Source of the DNA: Neoechinorhynchus agilis
Lineage: Eukaryota > Animalia > Acanthocephala
NCBI GenBank assembly: GCA_051530055.1
Contig: CM121341.1
Span: 18,454,784 to 18,518,783 of the forward strand
Length of the DNA: 64,000 nucleotides
Direction of reading: 5' to 3'
Position 1 is the first letter of the stretch; every line of letters begins with the position of its first letter. The notes beneath the pieces were generated by a model. That model did not search any database. It was not told where the DNA came from and was given only the letters and a program-made list of their open reading frames with translations. The translations under genes were made by a program, and so were the position numbers. This document shows, piece by piece, positions 14,059-25,899 of this stretch.

Positions 14059-14198
14059 TGTGATGGCCCTTAGTTGGCTTTTATTAAACAAAACGGACAC
14101 TAATGATGGATGCACGCACTGCGCGCACATGAGAGGTTTTATATCGATGTAGCGCATAAATTATTTACGCGCATCGATCTGTATCGCAATTCACATCA
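14059..14198 (-). repeat. 5' LTR with TATA-like (GATATAAAA) and AATAAA motifs
   Basis: TGATGTGA...ATCACA termini on minus strand; flanked by TSD GGTTC. Confidence 0.95.
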
Positions 14199-14203
14199 GG
14201 TTC

Positions 14204-16130
14204 TGATTGCAAGTTGTCAGATATCTTACCTTTAGCATACTCCTTAGTTAATAAAGCCGCTAATTCTTATGTCACACCGTTAAAACCTTCTCTCGCCTTT
14301 ATGTGGGCCGATCACTTCGTTTTCTTGGACGCCAATTCTATGTAGCCCAACGCTCTGGGGATACCCTTCTATGCAAAACCCTATCAAGCCTTCTATAGAC
14401 TGCCCGTTGCCGACAGCGACAATGAAGGGATGCTGATTTTCTTGCTACACTCAAACTTTACTCTTCAAACTGGTGGCGTACCTTTTCTAATGAGGATAAA
14501 GTACCTTGGAGATCAAAAATTACGGCTTGGTTTAAATCCTCGACTTTGGAGGATATTCTTGCTCAAACTTTTGACTTCCATTCCGCAGGCTCCTCGACCA
14601 ACGTGCCGTCAATTTGTTTTCGTAAACTAATTCGTAATCGTACTGATATCTCATTAAATGACATTCTCGAAGTTTGGTCCACAAATCCGAAATTGGGTTC
14701 GGCTAACGGCTACCCCGGGACGAAAATTTTCACCTTGCTTCCTAGGGACTGCATAATCCTCCTTGCAAAGGCTATGCTATGCTGTTCGCCATACGCGTGA
14801 AGGGTTTTCAATGTTTCTAGACGCATTTTCTTGGTCAAAAATGGCAGGAAGGCTATTGTTGAACCAAAGGATGTTCGTCCAATCTCGCTTCAAAATCCTC
14901 TAGTTAGCATATATGAACGCGCCCTTGCAAATAGGTTGAGATCTTTCATTAATGAGCATAATTGCATCTCTCCGAACTGTCATGGCTTTCTAAAGGGAAA
15001 TCAGTTCATTCTGCCCTTGCAGAGGTTTACTCCAATTTTTCCTGCTCTAACCAGCCCATGCGAGCCATTCTTGCCGTGGACATTTCTCAAGCTTTTGATA
15101 AGATTTCTCTTTCTTTTATTATTGAAATGCTTGAATTTTTCAGTCTACCTCACAATTTAATAACACGTATCCACAATATTTTATTTACAAAATCCTTTTA
15201 CTACGAAGACGACGCCTCAAAGACACTTTACTACTCGTCCAATGGTGTTCCGCGGGGTCGACTCTGTTACCTATTCTTCTCCTTATGGCATCACAATACT
15301 TGATTCAGAATTTTAAAGTTCGGGCCTCGCTCACCTGCTACGCGGATGATTTTACTTTTGTCATCTTCACCCACAGAGCAGCTAGAATGAAACTCCTGAT
15401 TGAGCAATGTATTGATTTTCTTAACTCCTTTTTATCTAAAATGAACTTATCGTTGAATAAGTCGAAATGTTTATGCATTTTTAAAGTTCGCTCAAGCAGA
15501 ATTAGGAAAGATTTAAAATCCTTTTTCAACAATTTAATGAATAACCCTGACACCTCTTCTTCAGGTTTTACGAATACACCCCTTAAAATTAAAATATTGG
15601 GTCACACCTTTACTGCTAATCTCTCGCCTAGATTAGATTTGAATAAAATGAAAAAATGCTCACTTTAGCATCGAAAAAGACGAAGCGCGCCGTTACTCTC
15701 GGGTTAAACGCTAATCAATGGCAAACTATTTACAAAAGCTGGAGCATTCCTGGCCAGGTCTTTTTTTCTCGAGGTCGCTCCCCCCGGAACAAAAGGCTTT
15801 ACTCATCAACACGTTCTGCGATATGGGCCGGAGAATTGAGGATCTTCTGCAACAGTAGACTTATGAGATGGTCTAGTTGAACGATACTGATTAGTTTCTT
15901 GTTTTGGTTTTTCTTCTCATACTGCCACATGATGAATAAATCTGTATTATTATTGGTACTGAAAATAAAACATAGAGTTAGTAAAAACATGCCGGCATCA
16001 GGATACAAAATGAAATCGATTTGGCTTGATCTTCCACCGCTTGAGTATGTGTAAAGGTGCCGTGGGTCCTATTGAAGTATGTATTGGAAATACGCAACTC
16101 CAACGCTACTGCGTAATCCAATAGTTTTAC
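14204..16130 (+). mobile_element. 3' half (RT) of the I/Jockey-like LINE begun at 5510, degenerate
   Basis: Resumes after TSD GGTTC; RT motifs RPISLQN, CHGF, VDISQAFD, NGVP, YADD; 3' end approximate. Confidence 0.8.
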
Positions 16131-16496
16131 ACCCTCGGCGTTCCTTTATCCTACACTGTGTCCTCCATGAATTCGCTCCTATCCATCTCTCGGCCCCACG
16201 TGTCCGTTGAAATCGCCGATTATCACGTATCGACCCTCCTTAGGCCTTGTCACTTCCGATAAATCCAACCAAAATTCCTCCTCCTCTGCACTACAACCGA
16301 CTTGTGGGGTGTACGCAGAAACTATTGTTGTGGCTTCGCCGTTAACGCTTAATTTCAGCGAAATTACCCGATCGCTTGTTCGTGTCACCTCTACGACGTT
16401 GTCCACTAAATCCTTTGATACTATGACGCCCACTCCGTTAATACCACTTGCTCCTCCACTATAGAACAGTTTATATCCGTCGCGTTCAATAATCAC
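16131..16496 (-). mobile_element. RTE-clade APE fragment
   Basis: DGYKLFYSG...NGVGVIV...SAYTPQVG...GDFNGHVG, homologous to 46734-47171. Confidence 0.85.
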
Positions 16497-18430
16497 GTTT
16501 TGTGGTCAGAAAGATTAGTTCAACAAGGGATCCTATGGGCCCAATAGTTTTCTCACTCGCAGTCAATCCCGTCGCGCACTCTCTCCAGTCCAGCTTTAAT
16601 GGCTGGTACCTGAATGATGCCACGCTCGGAGGTAACCTCTCTGTAGTACTGCGCGATTTGGAGACACTCGTGAAGGAGACGGCAAAATTTGGCATTGAAT
16701 TGAATGCTGCGAAATGCGAGCTTCTTTTGCTAACGGATCAGCTCACGGGCTTGACGGTCTACGGCCCCAACATCTAAAGGATATAACTTCCTTTTCAGTA
16801 AGTGACGTTGCCCAGTCCCTTGAAAATGCATTGGCACGCCTAGTCGACCAATTTGATGGGGGGGGAGTTGTTCCGGAAACAGTTGAGTTTGTTTTTCGGC
16901 GCATCTTTGTGTGCCCTCGCGAAAAAGGAAGGTGGGATTCGTTCCGTTGCAATTGGAACAACTTTGCGCCGCTTAACAGCAAACATTTTAAATAAAGGGA
17001 TCGCGGAAAAGTACAGATGCTGCTTCGTCCTACTCAGTAAGGCTGCTGTACACCTTGTGGTGCATAGGCGATTGTTCATTCACTCCGTACGTTCATCACC
17101 GAAAACTCAAAGCCGTGCATGATCTTGAAATGTGATTTACAAAAATGCATTCAGCACAGTTTACCGAGCAGATTTGCTCGAAGTAGTTAGAGATCACGCA
17201 CCACCAGAAGCATTTCGTTAAAGATTTTCAGAACCTGGCCCCGGGATAGAATTGATCACTCTAGACCGGTTGAGTCTTCTAGGAAGCTGCATTTTATGTT
17301 CTTATGTTGAAGCCGAGATTAACAATCTTCAGCCGCAACTTTCGGTGCTGTGCGAACGAGTTAATGAATTATCTTCACACGGGGCTCTGTTCCTGATCAA
17401 GAACACCCTCTTTATTCCAAAATTGCTGTATAAGCTGCGCACAGCACCTTTTTTAGACATAGGGATAAACTGGCAAAATTAGAAGAGACGGTAAAAACCT
17501 CTCTCGAGAAAATTTTAAATACTAAGCTATCGGATGGGGCCTGGCATCAAGCGCCCTTGTCTGTGTCGTCCGGCGGTTTGAGTATCCGAAGGCAGCCGAT
17601 ATTTCTCTGCCAGCTTATTTGGGATCGTATGAAACAAGCCGCAAATTAGTTCAATTTGTTCTTGGCGAGATTTACACTTTGGATGAAGATTTCGTGGAGG
17701 CACTAAATCTTTGGTGTGGAGATTCAGGCGGCGAGCAGGTACCGTCATTGGTTGCAAACAATTAGTTTGGGGCTCACCCCTGATAACGAGAATTCATAAC
17801 CCTTTAATTTCAGATTCTCGTGACCTGGTGAACCGAACTCGATTGGCGGCAGTCTCCACAAGAGAATTGGGTGCTTGGCTCAACGTTAGCCCAATCGCTT
17901 CTGTGGGCATGCTTCCCGCTGATGAGACAGTAAGGATTGCAATGTTCCTGAGACTTGGGGTATTGATGTTCACATTCCATCGCTGCGTTGCGGAGCGAAC
18001 GTGGTGCCATCGGGACAACATAGTCCCATTTGTTGGCAATCAGGCAAAAGATACTCACAACACGCCGAAGTGAACGCAATTCTTAGACCGGAGCAATCTT
18101 TGCAGACTCGGTGGCCATGAACCGGACTGTGTCATAGTATTCCCGTAACAAGAGGGCAAATGCCTATACTGGAGCCACTAACATAAAATTCGCCCCTGTT
18201 AAACCGGGAGGGGCAGCAACCGTCGTTGAGGATCGCAAAAAGACAAAATACAGGGATCTGAGTCAAAAATCATTATTTCGTTCCCTTTGGCGTTAAGACA
18301 CTCGGGTAACCTGGTACCGCGGCTACGGAACTGGTCCATCAATTGCCCAAGAGACTAAATCACAACAGCAGGACAGAAGCTGAGTGATCCAGGGCAGTGG
18401 CGTGAATGTTAGAAGCAAGTCATGTTGTTC
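16487..18430 (+). mobile_element. Degenerate CRE-clade non-LTR element (RT + restriction-like endonuclease), segments rearranged
   Basis: QQG..P..YLND, GLDGLRPQHLKD, TTLRRL, HGALFLIKN, ESGAWLN-like, FHRC..., FVPFG-like motifs. Confidence 0.85.
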
Positions 18431-19303
18431 CTAATAAATACGCGATATAAATAGCGAAACCTATAATTTGCCGCGCAGTTGTCTTCTCATCCCTCCTACA
18501 TAGCTGTGAATACTGGACGCTCTACAAATTCAAAATCCGCAAACTCGAACTCTTCCAACAGCGAAACTCCGGAACATTCCGAGAGTGTCCTTTGAGTAAC
18601 GGATAACTGGTACAGAAAATTCAGCGACACCAACTACAATGGGTTGGACACACTAAAAGAATGTTGACCGAATTCTCGAGCAGATCCCGCAACCGAAGGT
18701 CAAAGGCAGTGCTCAAAAAACGTTTAAGTGATTAGCTTAAGCGAACAATGAACGAATTTTACATCATTATCATCATCATCATCATCATCATCGGAAACTT
18801 TGAACATCTCGCAACTAATCGAAATCTATGTAGCTGTGAAAAAATGTCCAAGGCGAATGGTGAAAAATCTCAAATTAACAATGGGAAATGACCATACTCC
18901 CACTACACTTTTTTTCCTGCCACTGCCTCTTCCACTCGAACTTCGGTCGCTTCTCTCATCTTCTCTATGGACAACCAAAATGAAGGATGTCCTGAAACTG
19001 TTTCCCGGATTTCGAGATTACTAACGACGAGCAAAGCGTCTTATAGGATGGCATTTCGAGGTCCTTAATGCGCTTTGATGATACAAACGTCTTTTTCGAA
19101 AAGCGCAGAATGACCTCGTTGCACTAAGTTCAAATATTCCTACCATTATGTAGCTATACTTGAATTTATTTCTTCACATGTCCTTACATCGAATAGTTGT
19201 ACTCGCAAATAATTCAAAAGCAACAACTTTTGCTGAATCGGAAAATAATGCATTTAATTTTTTTGTCATACATTCATAATTAAGTATAAAATCTTTTAGA
19301 AAC

Positions 19304-19706
19304 TCAATACCTGCACTCGTAATCGTACCACTCCATCTCAGGACACAGATCCTCCTTTGTAAAAAGAATTCCCTCGCAGCCAGACTTTATTCCGAAACTG
19401 TAACACGGACTCTTCTTAAATCGAATATCATTCTGATTGCATCCAAATGAATTAAAGATTTTTATGTTGTTAAAAGTTCCATATTTCGAGGCGGGACACG
19501 GATTGACAAAGGTGTCCTTGCACTTTTTGTTCAGCTGCGATCCTGAAGGCATTTCAAGTAATTGAAGACTACGAAGGATGTTAAGAGTTTGCCGCGTACA
19601 CCGGTAATAAGTGAATTATTAGATGTATTGTTGCCATGGTGAATTTGGCGCATACCGATATCTAGTAGATGAGCAATTTTCCGAATTTTTAAATTGCTTT
19701 TACCAT
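19304..19706 (-). CDS. Putative small cysteine-rich, possibly secreted protein with 42-nt and 31-nt introns (3' end uncertain)
   Basis: GT-AG introns at 19662-19703 and 19569-19599 join ATG, a hydrophobic exon (MATIHLIIHLLPV) and the Cys-rich ORF 19304-19552 in frame. No family recognised. Confidence 0.35.
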
Positions 19707-19974
19707 TCTTAAGTAACAATTAGATTATCACTTAGATTAAGGTTTTCGTTCGATGATAAATATTCACAGTGAGTAAACGTAGTTGCCCTTTACGCGAAGC
19801 GTAACCTCATAGGTTCAAAAAGTACCCGAGCCATTCATAAAATGAGCTCATTTTAGTTTATAATGCTGGAGATTTGTACTTGAAGCGAATGTTATATTTT
19901 CGTTTACACAACAACAGAGCTTGCGAATTAAACTACTGAATAATTCTAAAATCTTAAACTGATATATCTATTTC

Positions 19975-20062
19975 AGTATCTGTGTAGCCCTTTTTCACGG
20001 CTGATAATTTTGCTAGGGCATACAGCCCACCGATCTGGTTCAGGGAAGTGCATAAAATCACT
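19975..20062 (-). repeat. Inverted copy of the 3' end of the SINE-like repeat
   Basis: Reverse complement of 20265-20353. Confidence 0.8.
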
Positions 20063-20069
20063 ACATTCC

Positions 20070-20353
20070 GTAGTCGTGCCGAGGTGGTCAAGTAAACTAA
20101 TGCTCCTGATCTCAGTTATTCGAATCCGTTACCGCTTGACGCACAACCAAAGGGGACGAAATACCGCTGAAGGGAGGAAACTCACTGATAAGTCTCGCCT
20201 CCTGGAGGTATCTAAGGATTCGGAGGGACGTACGAACTCATAAACGTATAGTTGATAAGTATTAAGTGATTTTATGCGCTTCCCTGAAACGGATCGGTGG
20301 ACTGTGTGCGCAAGAAAAATTATCAACCGTGAAAAAGGTAACACATAGATACT
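20070..20353 (+). mobile_element. tRNA-headed short interspersed repeat (SINE-like)
   Basis: 5' GTAGTCGTGCCGAGGTGGTCAAG resembles tRNA-Ser/Leu 5' end, B-box-like ATTCGAATCC; body and 3' end (aaaattatcaaccgtgaaaaagg...gatact) shared with 32460-32677, 33385-33510 and 55955-56050. Confidence 0.6.
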
Positions 20354-20522
20354 AAAAAGTTACAAAAAATGTTGTCTATATTGAAAAATCAGGAAAATTT
20401 TATCAGTCACTGTGAATTTAGAGGATTTCCAATAATAAACTGTACAAACGTTATTTTCGTCTCTGTCTAAGAAAATAAATTAATATTTGTTGATAGGAGA
20501 GATAAATGAAATTAAGATTTTT

Positions 20523-20564
20523 ATTCGATATTTCGATCCACTATCTCAGATCTTCTTCAGCAAT
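20523..20564 (-). ncRNA. Minimal type I hammerhead ribozyme motif (PLE pLTR)
   Basis: AUUG-CUGAAGA-A-GAUC..GAUC-GAA-AUAU-C-GAAU: conserved core, stem II, palindromic AUAU stem III; one stem I mismatch. Confidence 0.75.
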
Positions 20565-22962
20565 CTAAAACACATATAACAGGGATTCTCAATTCACGCG
20601 TCACAAAACATCCGGTGGGAGTCGCATCCTTAATTTGAAATCAGGTTTATTGCCCTCGAACGTTTCGAACCTATTTATATATAAGGATTCGATGATAATA
20701 CGTTCGAAACGCCGTTCATTGCAAACTAGTTTTGTAGCGCCACTAAAATCAATAGTGTGCCCTGTGTTTTGTGCATGGACCACCACCGCGGAACTAATGT
20801 CCGTGTTGCGAACAACTGATGATTCGTGCTCCTTCATCCGTCGGGTGAAATTGTTGGTCTGTCCCACATAGACCTCTTCGCAACCGGAGCACGGCATTTT
20901 GTAGACCGCACCAGATGACTGTTGGCCATTCTTGGGACATATCAATCCGTGTAGATTGCGTCCCCTCTTTGTGTATACATTTACTCTCTTGACCTCACAT
21001 CCTGATTTTATGATGCGCTCCATAGCAAGATACGAATGATCATCAGGGAATGGCAGTTCAACGTAGATCTCTTCCTTTTTAGACTTTGTCTCCCCATTGA
21101 AGATATGACGCACATTCCGAATGCACCGTTCGACAAGATGGAGAGGATAACCATATCGACCTGATATGTACTTTAGGTAATCAATCTCCTCGTTACACAA
21201 CTTAGCGTTGCTACAATGTGTAAGAGCACGGTGGATGAGTGACCTAATCCTCGAAATTTTGTATTTGCGAGGTTGGGCTGATGTCCATGGCACACCTCTC
21301 TTTCGGTACACCCTGGTCGTGTAGTTTCCACTGGCTAATCGGTATATCCACACATCCAGGAACGGAAACTTACCATGGTCCTCCTCTTCGATCGTCCACT
21401 GAATATTGTCGTCCCTTCCATTCAGTTCATGTTTAAGGCGATTCATATTAGTCTTTGAAGGGTCGATCAACAGGAACGTGTCGTCCACATATCTGGACCA
21501 GATATTAACCCCGATGGCAAATGTTCGTCCTCCCAGTGCCGCATATACAGCTCAGCAAGCACAGGAGCTGACGGGCTGCCCATGGCTACTCCATCTTTCT
21601 GGTCATAGTCGATGCCGTTGAACTGGAAGTTGCAGAATCTGGTGCAAAACTGCAATAGCTTTCGCCAGTCGCTATTAGTTAAATTCCATTCAGTGTTCGT
21701 AGACAGGAGAGGAACTGCGAGATCTATTGCCACATCGACAGGAATTTTGGTGAAGAGGGAGATCACATCTGCCGACAGCATCCTATACTGGGAATTCCAA
21801 GACGATTTCAATCTTGAAACGAAATCCGCTCCAGAGGAAACCACTCTCTCTGAAGATCCCATTGCGCTCCTCAACATGCCAGCTACTCTCCTTGAGATGT
21901 TCGTGCAGAAAGTGGAGTGTGTCGCAATTATTGGTCTGAATTTGATAGGCTCTTTATGTACTTTCGCAAGCAAATACATTTTGGGCGTTTTCGCATCGGT
22001 TGATCTAAGGATCTTATAATCCCCATCCGGAAGCTTGCCTTGTTTTTTAAGGTTCAAAAGAAAAGAATTGAATTCTTTTTCACGACTAGACGTTGGGCAT
22101 CTTGATATTCTTGCAAATTCGACTCCATTTAAGATTTCCTCTCCAGCACTTATATACTGTTGCTGACTTAATACACAATACTCATATCCTTTATCGATCT
22201 TCACTGGAACTATCTGCGTGAGCGACTTGAGCATATTGACCCCTCTTAACATCCTTTGTGATACATTGAAATTCACCCCACGATTCTTGAAGACAGATTC
22301 ATAGAAACGCTCAAGTTTCCAGATCGGGATATTTAGATTATCACGTTCCGTTGTCATTGCGATCGTCTCTAACCTGATCCTATAGTCGATTCTCCTCGGT
22401 GCATTGTACGGAACAAAATCCGAACCATAGCTAAGCAGCTCCAGGACTTCATTCGGCAAAACCACCCCTGAAATATTGCGGATAGAATCAGTATGTTCTG
22501 ACGCGGCAAAGAGTCGGTTGTTTGTAAGATTCGCGATTTTATTCAGGTGTCGTCTATAGATCCATCTCTATTCGTTCAGTTATAGCCGATAGCAGTGATG
22601 GATAGAACTCCTGATCGACCAATCCCTTTAAGACGTTCGCCTTTGTTTCTCTGACCTTGCCAGACATCGATCTGATTGTCCCATCCATGAGATTGAACAT
22701 CATGCCCTTTCGACTGCTCAACACGGATATTAGTTCCGCGGTGGTGGCCCATGCAAAAAACACAGGGCACACTATTGATTTTAGTGGCGCTACAACACTA
22801 GTTTGCAATGAACGGCGTTTCGAACGTATTATCATCGAATCCTTGTATATAAATAGGTTCGAAACGTTCGAGGGCAATAAACCTGATTTCCAATTAAGGA
22901 TGCGACTCCCACCGGATGTTATGTGACGCGTGAATTGAGAATCCCTGTTATATGTGTTTTAG

Positions 22963-23004
22963 ATCACTGAAGAAGATCCGAGATAGTGGATCGAAATATC
23001 CAAT
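22963..23004 (+). ncRNA. Minimal type I hammerhead ribozyme motif (inverted pLTR)
   Basis: CUGAAGA-A-GAUCC-GAGAUAGU-GGAUC-GAA-AUAU-C-CAAU; stem I 5' strand mutated to AUCA. Confidence 0.75.
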
Positions 23005-23084
23005 AAATTCTTAATTTCATTTATCTCTCCTATCAACAAATAACAATGAATTCTCTTTTCAACAATAAATTAATATTATCTACT

Positions 23085-23740
23085 AGCTTACCGCAAGCAG
23101 TTGGCTTGGGACCTTCCCCTAATAAAGAAGATTCACGAATCCTTTAACGATCTTCTCACAAAGGAATCGGGAGCCTGGCTAAATGCACTCCCCGCCCCGA
23201 CAATCGGAACTCTTCTAGAGGATTCTACGTTAAGGGTCGCAGTTTCTTTTAGATTGGGCCAGGATATTTGTATCCCGCATCGCTGTCGCTGCGGCTCTAT
23301 GGTTGACGCTAATGGCAGACACGGACTCTGTTGTGAAATGTCCAGAGGGAGGAAGCGACCTGACGGTGTCACGGTTTTTCTATGGCGGGAGGGAAAACCG
23401 CTTTTATGGGATGCGACTTGTGTGGACACGCTTGCCCCTAGTAATTTTCCCTTTTCATAAAAGAGCCCTGGAGGTTCAGCGGTTGTAGCTGAGGAACGAA
23501 AGCGTTCAAAATATAGAGAGCTCCTAAGGAATTACTATTTCGTCCCTTTTGCCGTGGATAGTTATGGAGCCTTAGGACTATCAGCGCTCACTTTCCTCGA
23601 CGATTTGGGACGAAGGACGAAAAGAATGAGAGGGGAACCGCCCTCGAGAAATTTCCTTGCTCAACGAATCGCAATTGCGATACAGCGAGGGAACGCTGCC
23701 AGTATACTAGCGACGTCGGGATGTTTTCAAGAATGAAAAA
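23085..23740 (+). mobile_element. CRE-clade 3' fragment (RLE domain)
   Basis: [58 protein letters not shown]. Confidence 0.9.
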
Positions 23741-24134
23741 CGAAATAGTAAAATAAACTATGAATTTTTTAATTTTCTTAAATTTTCAAAATGCAGTACC
23801 ATTTTAAGGTACTGCACATATAAACGTTAAGAAATCTTTGTTCCTGCATATAGGCTAATATAATTTTTTCACCTTTGTTTTCCGAATCAAAGTTCACTTT
23901 CGTGCTCGCCTGTTCGAAAATTTAAGGCTATCTTCAATTTAGACTGTTCATTGTTTAAGCTCGCATTAAAGATCATATCTTTGTTCAGTTTCGTCACGTA
24001 TACAGCGAGAGATTATATTTTTTATCGATTGAACGTGATTTTATGCTCCCAATATCCCTAACAAAATCCGCTTAAGCTATTTGTGTTTATTATTGATATA
24101 ATTCTAACAAAGTTATCGCCTTACAACTCACAGC

Positions 24135-25242
24135 TCACTGATTGTTACTATCAAGGCATTTTCGGCATGAAAAGTACATATTTCTTTCTAGAAACTCTCC
24201 TCGGTCTTGTAATGCGCATGGGAAGTGGAACATTCGACCACAAGCAGTGCAATCAATCGAAGCCATTTTTTCTCCACACAATTCGCATTGACACTCACCC
24301 GCCTTCAACAACGCCTTTTCTAATCCTCGCAAACGACGTCTTTCAATTCTGAGCCGTTTAGTACCACCAACGCACATTTCGTGGAACCAAATCTTATCAA
24401 TCAGAATCTCGATGAAAAATAAGAACCTCGTTGAAATTCAGATTTTTATTGTGTTCACAAATATTTCCAGGTGCAATGAGTGGAATGATCGATTTGGGTG
24501 CCACATATGGACCGTATAGATTGTCATATAAACCAGAAGTAGTATCTCTCCTATTGCAAAGACAGCATTTGGTACCCATGGAAGGGCAGGTCGAACCGTT
24601 AGTCCGAGGACATCGAAGCAAAGTCTCAGCCTGGCCTATTTTCGCCTTTCTTGTCACTCTTTGTGATACGAACGTTGGAACATGAAGGCAATATTTGCCA
24701 GATTGATCCTGCGAAAGGAAACACGCTCTAGATTCGGCAATCTTGGCATCGTCTCTTTTCTTTGGACCGTACTTTGCTTGGAGCTGGCGTCCTATTATTT
24801 GAGCCTCGTCGTCAAAAAATGTTTCCTTTTTCTTCTTCTTGTTTCTCTTTCGTTTTACTGGTTTTGGAGGCGAATCATCGGCAGGTTTTCGTTTTCGTAG
24901 AGGTTTAGGTGCTTCTTCTTTTATGTCAACTGCCGGACACTCCAAATCAGTAGGTATTTCTTGATCAGTATGCATAGAGTCCACTTGATTGTCATCCTGT
25001 ACACTGATGACCTTTTCAATCGTTGTTACTCCACATGCATCTTGGCTATGCACTGTTATTTCATTGGAAACACTACATTTATGATTGCAATCAGTAATTG
25101 ATCCATCGACATCAATTTCGCTGGTTTGTTGATTTAACATAGACTGGCCGTTCTGCGTTATTTCCGATTGAGGATCCATTTCTGAAACACCGAGGGAATT
25201 GGAGAAAGACACACAACGGGGTGTCGGGACACCAATGATCAT
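24135..25242 (-). CDS. Extended-PHD (ePHD, C2HC pre-PHD + PHD) protein, TCF20/RAI1-like; exons 25242-24427 and 24392-24135, about 357 aa; start may lie further upstream
   Basis: CCLC..LYGPY..E|IWFHEMC..GLEKAL..CELC....C..C...FHFPCA..C..C; a 34-nt GT..AG intron (24393-24426) restores the frame; basic NLS-like stretches upstream. Confidence 0.8.
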
Positions 25243-25899
25243 GACAGTGAGAATTCCGTGTTAATAAATATAAATAAAATATAGGCTTTCGACGATAACC
25301 TTTACCTCTATTCAAAAACCTTGAAATTTGTGTTAGAGACAGGTGGTGATAGAAACAAATACAGCCTTTTTTGTAGATTGTTGCGCCTCGGAAACTTACG
25401 CTTTTATGCTACGGCAAACGTCTTCACCACATTACAAATCGCAGATTTTGATGATCTGATCGACAATTATTGACGTGATTGTTATTTTAGCTCATACAAA
25501 TACATAAATTATTCAAAAGTTAAGGGGGGGATCATTGAGAATGTCAAAAACAATTGTCAAGTATGTGTATGATTCGAGATTTACATTTGTAGAATTCAAG
25601 GTTTACAAATCTCGCTATTGCATAAACTAAAACATGAGAAGAGCTATTGTATTTGATTGCGGTACTATTTATATACTGACTGCCATGTAAACATAGTCGT
25701 CATAATGAATCGATACGAACGAGAATCGATTCAAACTATGGAGTGCTTTTACAATGGAGCGCAGAAGCAATGAAAGCAATCTGGAACTGATTTTCCCATC
25801 GGGTACAACAATAAAAAACATTGGTATGACCCATAGTTTGAGAAGGAATTCCAAAATTTTCTTGGTTCTTGTGTCCAGCCCAAAGAACGAGCACGCCTA

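Larger units (their letters stand above)
7772..14198 (-). mobile_element. Full-length Ty3/gypsy LTR retrotransposon (gag-PR-RT-RH-IN), frameshifted, carrying a nested insertion
   Basis: 140-bp LTRs at 7772-7911 and 14059-14198 (6 differences), 5-bp TSD GGTTC (7767-7771; 14199-14203); gag ATG at 14014 (MDSKKVIHNL... once the nested element is removed), CCHC knuckles, PR LVDTGS, RT YLDD, RNase H, IN (7852-9189). Confidence 0.95.
20487..23043 (-). mobile_element. Penelope-like element (RT + GIY-YIG) with inverted pseudo-LTR
   Basis: LELLSYGSDFVP, YLLAKVHK..RPII, SADVISLFT, GVAMGSP, WTRYVDD (frameshift near 21480), GAVYKMPCSGCEEVYVGQT; inverted repeat arms 20487-20808 and 22719-23043. Confidence 0.93.

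Noticed and set aside
7772-14198. Nested element has more LTR divergence (8/138) than its host (6/140)
   Set aside because: The difference is within sampling noise for such short LTRs.
18763-18792. (CAT)n tract as a LINE tail or CRISPR-like repeat
   Set aside because: Simple microsatellite with no adjacent LINE 3' end; no repeat-spacer arrays anywhere in the window.
20150-20240. Hammerhead in the SINE-like body (GGGACGAAA...CTGATGAG)
   Set aside because: A stem II could form, but no NUH site or stems I/III can be completed in any of three copies.
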